Below, one piece after another: positions 1 through 5,058 of a DNA stretch of 16,601 nucleotides. The stretch is from Bacteriovoracaceae bacterium (lineage in GTDB: Bacteria > Bdellovibrionota > Bacteriovoracia > Bacteriovoracales > Bacteriovoracaceae): contig JBMYPC010000065.1 of the NCBI GenBank assembly GCA_049599895.1, forward strand, positions 1 through 16,601, written 5' to 3'. A program made the translations under genes and the position numbers. The first letter of the stretch is position 1; the number at the start of each line of letters is the position of its first letter. The notes beneath the pieces were generated by a model. The model saw only the letters and a list, made by a program, of their open reading frames with translations, had not been told where the DNA came from and ran no database searches.

Positions 1-187
1 TGCTGACTTAGCAGCTTGAATAAATCTAATCGGCTCACTCTATGTGCTTTTCTCTACTTTCGAACTGGTGCAATTTGAGTTACCTAGGTGCAATTGGTGC
101 AGACCGTCAAAGTTTCTTGCTGTGCAAGGTCAAGAGTCTCCAAGTTTTGAGATCATCTTTAAGGCCAACCTAAGAAGTAAACCTCAA

Positions 188-228
188 TTGTAAAACAAGT
201 TGTAACATGTTATAATCAACTTAGGAGG
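188..228 (+). promoter_or_regulatory. Sigma70-like promoter, operator and RBS of the MazEF-like module
   Basis: TTGTAA (188-193), 17-bp spacer, TATAAT (211-216). The perfect palindrome TAACATGTTA (203-212) lies within the AAGTTG/CAACTT inverted repeat (197-202/217-222). AGGAGG at 223-228 precedes ATG 237. Confidence 0.8.
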
Positions 229-236
229 ACTCAATT

Positions 237-470
237 ATGGGTGCAATAAAGTTAACAAAAATAGGAAATTCACAAGGCTTAACTCTTCCCAAAGATCTTC
301 TTGAAAAAGGAGATTTCTCTCTAGGCGACACACTTGAAGTCTATCTTTATAATGGCAGATTAATTCTTTTTAAAAAACCTCTCCACCACTCGGAAATGAC
401 TTTTGAGGGAGGACAAGATTCGTCTGATCTTGAATGGACCAATGCTGATCTTGGAGAATGGGAGAATTAA
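237..470 (+). CDS. mazE: AbrB/MazE/SpoVT-family antitoxin
   Basis: N-terminal KLTKIGNSQGLTLPKDLL is the AbrB/MazE motif. Acidic C-tail ending DLGEWEN, strong RBS, 13-bp overlap with the toxin gene. Confidence 0.88.
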   Translation: MGAIKLTKIGNSQGLTLPKDLLEKGDFSLGDTLEVYLYNGRLILFKKPLHHSEMTFEGGQDSSDLEWTNADLGEWEN

Positions 471-793
471 ATTTGAAACGAGGTGAAGTTTGGTTAGCAC
501 AGTTAAATCCAACAAAAGGAAGTGAACAACAAGGGCATCGCCCAGTTGTTATTATATCGCCAGATTCTATGAATAGCTCTCTTCAAACGAAAGTTGTAAT
601 TCCTCTAACAACTAAAACCAAAAATTGGCCTTCACGTGTCTTAACTGAATTTAAAGGAAACAAAGGGCAGGCCATGTGCGAGCAGATCCGAACTCTTTCC
701 TCCTCTAGATTAACTAACTATCAAGGTAATCTTTCTGATAGTGAAATCGTTGAGATTATGAGTGTTATTGGAGCTTTATATGCGACACCTTAA
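458..793 (+). CDS. mazF: MazF/PemK-family endoribonuclease toxin
   Basis: KRGEVWLAQLNPTKGSEQQGHRPVVIISPD, VVIPLTT and AMCEQIRTLS match PemK/MazF signatures. It lies downstream of an AbrB antitoxin. Confidence 0.93.
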   Translation: MGELNLKRGEVWLAQLNPTKGSEQQGHRPVVIISPDSMNSSLQTKVVIPLTTKTKNWPSRVLTEFKGNKGQAMCEQIRTLSSSRLTNYQGNLSDSEIVEIMSVIGALYATP

Positions 794-795
794 AG

Positions 796-851
796 ATACA
801 TTCAAATGACACTCAAAACAAAAGCAAAAAGTGTCAAAATCCGTGTCATTT
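796..851. repeat. Dispersed ~50-bp TGTCA element, copy 1
   Basis: 801-849 matches 4716-4764 at 42/49 without gaps, and 796-855 matches 1993-2052 at 41/60 without gaps. It contains the IR AAATGACAC (804-812)/GTGTCATTT (843-851) and two direct GTGTCA 12 bp apart. Confidence 0.85.
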
Positions 852-878
852 TAAAACCGATAATCTCTTCATATTAAC

Positions 879-917
879 CATATCACCATTGATATGATCT
901 CAAGTTTGATATATAAT
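879..917 (+). promoter_or_regulatory. Sigma70-like promoter with two tandem XRE-type operators
   Basis: TTGATA (889-894), 17 bp, TATAAT (912-917). Perfect IR CATATCA-ccat-TGATATG (879-896) and a second, imperfect ATCTCA-agtt-TGATAT (897-912). Confidence 0.8.
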
Positions 918-925
918 TATGACCG

Positions 926-1237
926 ATGACATGGAAAGTTGTAATCACTAAAAAATGTGAAAGTGAATATTTAAAGTTACTGGATGAAGGTTATATTACA
1001 GACGCTCAAAATGATATTATCGTCGATATCATTGAAGCAATGGAAAAGTATGGCCCTGAAGTTTTTAGCGATTATGTCTCTTTCGATGTTAAAGACCATA
1101 ATTTAGTAAGAGACAAGAAATGGCATAAACATAAGTCTTGCTCTTTTTCTAAATCAGGAAGGTTAATATATCGTTATAGTGAAAAAAAGATTGAAATTGC
1201 CATAGTCCGTATCACTCCCGATCATGACTATAGCTAG
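926..1237 (+). CDS. RelE/YoeB/HigB-superfamily toxin-like protein (toxin-first module)
   Basis: 103 aa. N-terminal WKVVITKK, DHNLVRDKKWHKHKSCSFSKSGRLIYR and C-terminal RITPDHDY resemble the RelE/Txe-YoeB pattern. It precedes an XRE gene. Confidence 0.75.
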   Translation: MTWKVVITKKCESEYLKLLDEGYITDAQNDIIVDIIEAMEKYGPEVFSDYVSFDVKDHNLVRDKKWHKHKSCSFSKSGRLIYRYSEKKIEIAIVRITPDHDYS

Positions 1238-1246
1238 GAGCAAATA

Positions 1247-1534
1247 ATGAAGAATGCAAAAGACGTCATTAAAAGAAAAGTAAAAAAAGAATCGGCCGGA
1301 GATATCTTAAAAAGGTATCGTGAATCTTTTGAATTATCTCAAGCTGCTCTTGCTGAACTCATTGGAACAACCCAAAATAATATCTCTGCCATTGAAAATG
1401 GAAAAAGAGATATTGGAGTTAACGTAGCTATTAAACTTTGTGCTGTGTTTCCAGTTACTCTTGAAAAGCTTCTTGTACCCGGAGGGCTTAAGAATCATCC
1501 TGATTATAAGAAAGCGTTAAAAAGAGCGTCTTGA
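1247..1534 (+). CDS. XRE-family HTH protein, HigA-like antitoxin
   Basis: LKRYRESFELSQAALAELIGTTQNNISAIENGKRDI is a canonical HTH_3/XRE motif. AGGAG RBS at 1236-1240. Confidence 0.88.
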   Translation: MKNAKDVIKRKVKKESAGDILKRYRESFELSQAALAELIGTTQNNISAIENGKRDIGVNVAIKLCAVFPVTLEKLLVPGGLKNHPDYKKALKRAS

Positions 1535-1669
1535 TAAGACCTGTTTGCCTAAAAAGTCGGTTGCAAGCTCAAGAGATTTTTCCAAAGAAACAATTCCTTC
1601 AATTTTCTTGATAGGACAATTCAGTGTTTTCATCCATTCAAGATGTTTCTTTTTATTCCTGCCACTCAT
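1517..1669 (-). pseudogene. C-terminal fragment of a probable adenylate-kinase-like/P-loop protein, cut off by the IS remnant
   Basis: GRNKKKHLEWMKTLNCPIKKIEG resembles, from recollection, the C-terminus of small bacterial adenylate-kinase-like proteins. The N-terminal 28 aa of the called ORF are just the antisense of the IS remnant. Confidence 0.4.
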
Positions 1670-1781
1670 TTTGACGATACAGGGAGAAGAGTTGAGCCAC
1701 TGGATGACCCATTTGGTTTTAATAAAAAAGTGTAAACCATGTGTCCGATACAAAGTGTAAAGTATGTCTCCGGAATGGACC
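1670..1781 (+). mobile_element. IS481-family-like remnant: last transposase codons plus right end
   Basis: 1670-1735 reads FDDTGRRVEPLDDPFGFNKKV*, resembling the FD....LEPL.NPFG C-terminus of IS481-family transposases. It is followed by 25-bp-period direct repeats AAAGTGTAAACCATGTGTCCG (1727-1747) and AAAGTGTAAAGTATGTCTCCG (1752-1772), ending GAATGGACC. Confidence 0.7.
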
Positions 1782-1782
1782 C

Positions 1783-1810
1783 AAAAAGGCCCAGGAAAAT
1801 TGGGCCTTTT
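1783..1810 (-). terminator. Intrinsic terminator (probably bidirectional) downstream of the tRNA 3' half
   Basis: Perfect 10-bp IR AAAAGGCCCA-ggaaaat-TGGGCCTTTT, 6 bp past the CCA end. Confidence 0.8.
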
Positions 1811-1816
1811 AATATC

Positions 1817-1861
1817 TGGCGCGGAGTGAGGGATTCGAACCCCCGACCAAGCGGTTCGAAG
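1817..1861 (-). pseudogene. Orphan 3' half of a tRNA-Arg(TCG) gene (att-like site), allele C
   Basis: Minus strand reads CTTCGAA CCGCT TGGTC GGGGG-TTCGAAT-CCCTC ACTCCGC G CCA. The T arm and CCA are intact, and tRNA similarity stops exactly at the anticodon loop. 36/45 identical to the 3' part of the intact gene. Confidence 0.88.
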
Positions 1862-1992
1862 ACATGGAGTCTAAGTTCAATTTCCTCATTAAAACCATGC
1901 CTAATATATTAAAATCATTAATGTTCTTATTGTAAACTTTTTAACTATGGCCTTATCAAACAGCCTCATTTTTCTTTCATAACTCATTAGAA

Positions 1993-2048
1993 ATACATTC
2001 AACATACACTCAAAACAAGTAGATTTTCTGTCAATTTAACTGTCACTT
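1993..2048. repeat. Dispersed TGTCA element, copy 2 (diverged)
   Basis: ATACATTCAA..ACACTCAAAACAA and both TGTCA boxes (2029-2033, 2041-2045) align gap-free with copy 1. Confidence 0.7.
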
Positions 2049-2180
2049 TATAGTAACTAAAACAGTGAGAAAGTCGATAATAACTGGATATCTGACTCAT
2101 TTTAAGTTTGCTTGACTCTGTAAAAATACACTTACAAAGAAGGTGGCTCGAATCCACCTACTCTATAGTCTAAAAGCAAA

Positions 2181-2210
2181 GTGGATAAATTTGTCAACCC
2201 GTGTTATTAT
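2181..2210 (+). promoter_or_regulatory. Promoter/operator of the third TA-like module
   Basis: TGGATA (2182-2187), 17 bp, extended -10 TG-t-TATTAT (2202-2210). Imperfect palindrome GTGGATAAATTTGTCAAC (2181-2198). Confidence 0.65.
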
Positions 2211-2218
2211 GTATGTCC

Positions 2219-2539
2219 ATGGAGAAGGAAAGAAGAAACTATAAATTGGATAAGAGAATTAAGGTTAATGATATCTGGATTGAGGAAGTTATCATTGATC
2301 CCCACGTTGATAAGCATAGCGATCATATCGACGATAATTTAATTCTTTCTCTTGTAGAGTTACTTCATGGAAAATCATTTGTTCCAACAGTTCAGAAAGA
2401 TGGTTTTGCATATTTTCTCACAAGAATATTATTTGAAGAAAGAGTTTATAGACTCGTGTGGCTTCAAGAAAGTTGCAAGTTTTATATTGGAGTTATTACC
2501 TCTTTCAAAGAAAAAGGAGCTAAGCATGACATTCCCTAG
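2219..2539 (+). CDS. Hypothetical toxin-like protein (possible RelE/BrnT-like fold); start reassigned from GTG 2201 to ATG 2219
   Basis: 106 aa with IIDPHVDKH and a C-terminal YRLVW...IGVITSFK beta-strand pattern. It overlaps a downstream XRE gene. GTG 2201 lies inside the -10 region. Confidence 0.65.
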   Translation: MEKERRNYKLDKRIKVNDIWIEEVIIDPHVDKHSDHIDDNLILSLVELLHGKSFVPTVQKDGFAYFLTRILFEERVYRLVWLQESCKFYIGVITSFKEKGAKHDIP

Positions 2540-2834
2540 TGCAAATGAAATTAGTGATGTATTAAAGCAAATTTCAGAGAGCGAACCGACTCTTGTCATT
2601 GATTTTAATAATGCTTCAAAATCCGATATTCTCAAATACAGATTATGCCAAGAATTTGTAAAAGTACTTAAAGAAGAAAACCTTTCTCAAGTTGCTCTTG
2701 CTAATAAACTTGGAGTTGATAAATCTATTGTGAATAAAATTGTTCATCATAAGATTGAGACTTTTACTGTTGATCGGTTAATTGATCTATTTTCAAGCAT
2801 AAAGCCTTTAGAGGTTCTCTTCAAAGCAGGATAG
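2526..2834 (+). CDS. XRE-family HTH protein (HTH_37-like), probable antitoxin; true start ATG 2526
   Basis: AGGAG at 2515-2519. LSQVALANKLGVDKSIVNKIVHHKIETFTVDRL is an HTH motif. The 53-aa upstream extension in the ORF track merely overlaps the previous gene. Confidence 0.85.
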   Translation: MTFPSANEISDVLKQISESEPTLVIDFNNASKSDILKYRLCQEFVKVLKEENLSQVALANKLGVDKSIVNKIVHHKIETFTVDRLIDLFSSIKPLEVLFKAG

Positions 2835-2841
2835 TCTTTTA

Positions 2842-2982
2842 ATGAGTAAACAAAACAGAGCAAAAACATTCATTAGAAAGATCACTGGACATATTAGCTT
2901 TGGTGAAATGCTCCACTCCTATCCTATGGCCCAAGAAATCACTCAAGTTGAAATTGCAAATTCAGAGATAAACTTTCTTTGA
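2842..2982 (+). pseudogene. 3'-truncated XRE/HigA-like gene (not in the ORF track)
   Basis: MSKQNRAKTFIRKITGHISFGEMLHSYPMAQEITQVEIA parallels MKNAKDVIKRKVKKESAGDILKRYRESFELSQAALA (1247). It breaks at ~2958, inside the first HTH helix, where it runs into GNAT antisense. Confidence 0.62.
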
Positions 2983-3563
2983 AGTGCTTGCCCAAAACCT
3001 TTTCTTTTATATTCTTTTGTCAAAAAGATTTCTCCAAAATACATTCCACTATGTCCTAAAAAATCTTCTCTCTCGGCCGAAATGAGTCCAGCAAGACTGT
3101 CATCAACATAGACATAGTACATAAGTCCTTGCTCAATTGAATCTTCCATTACACTCTGTGAGTTTATGGTTACTTTGTCTTTTAAATCTGGATGCTCTTC
3201 ATGAAACTCATTATAGCCTTTCTGATACCAATCATAATAAGAGTTATCTTCAATTTTAGAGAATTTAATCCTTCCTTCTAGATCCCAGGGCTTTGAGTTC
3301 TTAATTGTCTTGGCCTGAGCGACAACATATAACTTTGAGCAATAATCTCCAAGTTTATTTGTTTTTGACTGAAATCTAATACTTTGAGGCTTAAATACCT
3401 CAAACAAGTTTTTACATTCCTCATAGATTTCAAAAACTTGCTCTTGAGAGATTATTTCAAAATCAGCCTTAATTTGTACAAAAGGAAGCTTAGGGTTGGC
3501 CCCTAAATGTCTTACTCCAGCTATAAAGTTTCCATACTTCGAACGAAGATAATACTCAGTGAT
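2943..3563 (-). pseudogene. GNAT-family acetyltransferase fragment, apparently truncated at both ends
   Basis: Motif A is EIFLTKEYKRKGFGQALQ. The frame stays open 52 codons upstream of TTG 3407 (..FIAGVRHLGANPKLPFVQ..) up to a TAG at 3564-3566, with no ATG/GTG/TTG start. The protein ends about 11 aa after motif A, without the final GNAT strands. Confidence 0.72.
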
Positions 3564-3681
3564 CTAGCTTATATGTCTTTGAAATCACTTTTCTAAGGTA
3601 TATGACAACCCAGAGATATAATAAGAGAAAGCGTAGCTTTAGAAAGAACCCTGTATTTAATCTAAATTTCTTCTAATATTT

Positions 3682-3719
3682 ACAATATAGGTTGAAATAA
3701 ACCTGTATTGTGATATATT
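3682..3719 (+). promoter_or_regulatory. Promoter/operator of the fourth TA-like module
   Basis: TTGAAA (3692-3697), 16 bp, TG-a-TATATT (3711-3719). 12-bp IR ACAATATAGGTT (3682-3693)/AACCTGTATTGT (3700-3711), 11/12 match. Confidence 0.75.
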
Positions 3720-3728
3720 ACCTTTAGG

Positions 3729-4019
3729 ATGGGAAAATCGAGGCTTATTTACTATTTAAAGGAAGAAATTAGAGGAAAGTACATAATGGAGCTTAGAATC
3801 CATACTGTTGAAGATAAGCGCTATTTAGATGGTATTAAATATGCTCTTCTATTGATTGAACCTAAAAGTGGTAAGAAAGTTTTGATGGATAATCATCATC
3901 CTAAAGGCCATCATTTTCATCTTGATGATGATGAGTTTGATTATAATTACAAGAATGATGACACTTTAATTGAGGACTTTAAAAAACTTGTATTGCAGCA
4001 TTTTGGAGAAAAGATATGA
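3729..4019 (+). CDS. DUF6516/TumE-like toxin-family protein
   Basis: GIKYALLLI...VLMDNHHPKGHHFH...LIEDF matches the G.KY.L...DN...KG.H.H signature. ATGA overlap with the next gene. Confidence 0.78.
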   Translation: MGKSRLIYYLKEEIRGKYIMELRIHTVEDKRYLDGIKYALLLIEPKSGKKVLMDNHHPKGHHFHLDDDEFDYNYKNDDTLIEDFKKLVLQHFGEKI

Positions 4020-4384
4020 AGAAACTAATTGTAAGCTTAAAATCACCTTCTGAGTCTTTAGAAGACTTCAAGATGGCCCTAAGATCAGCAAGAAAAGGGA
4101 AGAGCAAGAACGAACACTATGAGATTGCATTTGACAATAAAAAGGATTTTTCCAAATTTATCAAGAATATTGATATCCTTATGACAATTCAATCTCTCAG
4201 ACCATCATCTGTATATGAGTTGGCCAAGCTCCTTGGAAAAGATCAATCTAATATTAATAAAACTATTGCATTCTTCGAGACTTATGGAATTGTGAAGATC
4301 AAAGAGTCTAAAAAGAACAACAGAACTGTGAAAAAGCCAATTGTTGACTATAACAAAATAGAGTTCGATTTAGAGGCTGCATAA
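4016..4384 (+). CDS. HVO_A0114-like winged-helix DNA-binding protein, probable antitoxin
   Basis: PSSVYELAKLLGKDQSNINK...YGIVK...KKPIVDYNKIEFDL fits this family's pattern. It is coupled to the DUF6516-like gene. Confidence 0.78.
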   Translation: MKKLIVSLKSPSESLEDFKMALRSARKGKSKNEHYEIAFDNKKDFSKFIKNIDILMTIQSLRPSSVYELAKLLGKDQSNINKTIAFFETYGIVKIKESKKNNRTVKKPIVDYNKIEFDLEAA

Positions 4385-4582
4385 GAGAATTATCTTATGG
4401 GACATATTTATTGAGATTTTTTATATCTTGAAAGGCGTACTTCCACCCTACAAAAACTATCACCTAAATATCTGAGCTGCCTAGATTGTTGCACTGACAG
4501 AAGAAAATAGCTCATTAAAAAGAGAGCTAATGTTACTTAAGGCCCAACTAAAATTAGAAAGGCCTTAAAGTAATTTTCGAGC

Positions 4583-4616
4583 AAAAAAAAAGCTTCTGGA
4601 AACCTAGAAGCTTTTT
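4583..4616 (-). terminator. Intrinsic terminator of the intact tRNA-Arg
   Basis: Minus strand GCTTCTAGG-TTT-CCAGAAGC followed by 9 T, 4 bp past the CCA end. Confidence 0.85.
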
Positions 4617-4620
4617 ATAA

Positions 4621-4697
4621 TGGCGCGAGATGAGGGACTCGAACCCCCAACCCTTTGGTTCGAAGCCAAATACTCTATCCGGTTGAGCTAATCTCGC
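4621..4697 (-). tRNA. tRNA-Arg(TCG), complete, allele B
   Basis: 77 nt: acceptor GCGAGAT/ATCTCGC, D arm GCTC/GAGT with A20, anticodon arm TTTGG-CTTCGAA-CCAAA, T arm GGGGG-TTCGAGT-CCCTC, G73, encoded CCA. Confidence 0.97.
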
Positions 4698-4715
4698 ACA
4701 TACTTTTAAACTACT

Positions 4716-4766
4716 TTCAGATGGCACTCAAAACATTTTAAAAAAGTGTCAAAATCCGTGTCATCT
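4716..4766. repeat. Dispersed TGTCA element, copy 3
   Basis: 42/49 identical to 801-849. It sits between the intact tRNA and the split-tRNA junction. Confidence 0.85.
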
Positions 4767-4825
4767 ATTTATTAACCTAGGAAAGTCCTAGTAATTTCAA
4801 AAACTTAAATTCTCCAACCAACAGG

Positions 4826-4864
4826 TTCGAAGCGCATTACTCTATCCAGCTAAGCTACAGATGC
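4826..4864 (-). pseudogene. Orphan 5' half of a tRNA-Arg(TCG) gene (att-like site), allele A
   Basis: Minus strand reads GCATCTG TA GCTT-AGCTGGATA-GAGT A ATGCG CTTCGAA, then CCTGT instead of the required CGCAT. No T loop or 3' acceptor strand follows. Confidence 0.87.
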
Positions 4865-4895
4865 TAAGATTTAAAAGATGAAAATAAGAATTTGC

Positions 4896-4904
4896 AGTAT
4901 AGCA
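4896..4904 (-). promoter_or_regulatory. Extended -10 promoter of the original tRNA gene
   Basis: Minus strand TG-C-TATACT, 31 bp upstream of the 5' half. No clear -35. Confidence 0.5.
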
Positions 4905-5058
4905 AACCTCATCCCATTTTCCCATCTCTTTTTTATCTTATTTCGTTCTTAGGCCTTAGTCTTAACTTTGCATCTTCTTCAAAGCCGCAGTTAAGACATT
5001 TGAAGGGTTTACAACAATCATTCATGTGGGAGAGGACGTCAAACAGCGAAGGACGGCC

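Larger units (their letters stand above)
1862..4823. mobile_element. Putative ~3-kb integrase-less (decayed or satellite) island between two split-tRNA att-like sites
   Basis: Bounded by direct GGTTCGAAG cores at 1853-1861 and 4824-4832, each at a tRNA half. There is a TGTCA element inside each end. Cargo is TA modules, debris and one complete tRNA. Confidence 0.6.

Noticed and set aside
66..72. TGGTGCA as the 3' end of allele A
   Set aside because: The match stops after 7 nt (needs TGGNGCATCTG) and no T arm follows.
1545..1760. 71-aa + strand ORF, and the full 78-aa - strand ORF 1517-1753
   Set aside because: Both cross the junction between a gene fragment and the IS remnant, so they are chimeric readings.
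2367..2635. N-terminal extension of ORF 2367-2834 and antisense ORF 2429-2635
   Set aside because: They overlap real genes; the SD supports ATG 2526.
3537..3544. CTTCGAAC, an inverted copy of the att core near the GNAT 5' break
   Set aside because: It lies within the open GNAT frame with no tRNA context; an 8-bp match can easily be chance.
4485..4568. Coiled-coil-like reading IVALTEENSSLKRELMLLKAQLKLERP*
   Set aside because: No start codon at its 5' end and no recognisable family; it may be debris, but this cannot be supported.
796..4766. CRISPR array or classical integron attC array
   Set aside because: Only three irregularly spaced, diverged copies; no regular spacers, cas genes, RYYYAAC/GTTRRRY boxes or IntI.
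1817..4864. Trans-spliced/split tRNA or an intron-containing tRNA made from the two halves
   Set aside because: The acceptor strands (GCATCTG vs ACTCCGC) and anticodon stems (ATGCG vs CCGCT) are not complementary, and I see no group I intron features.
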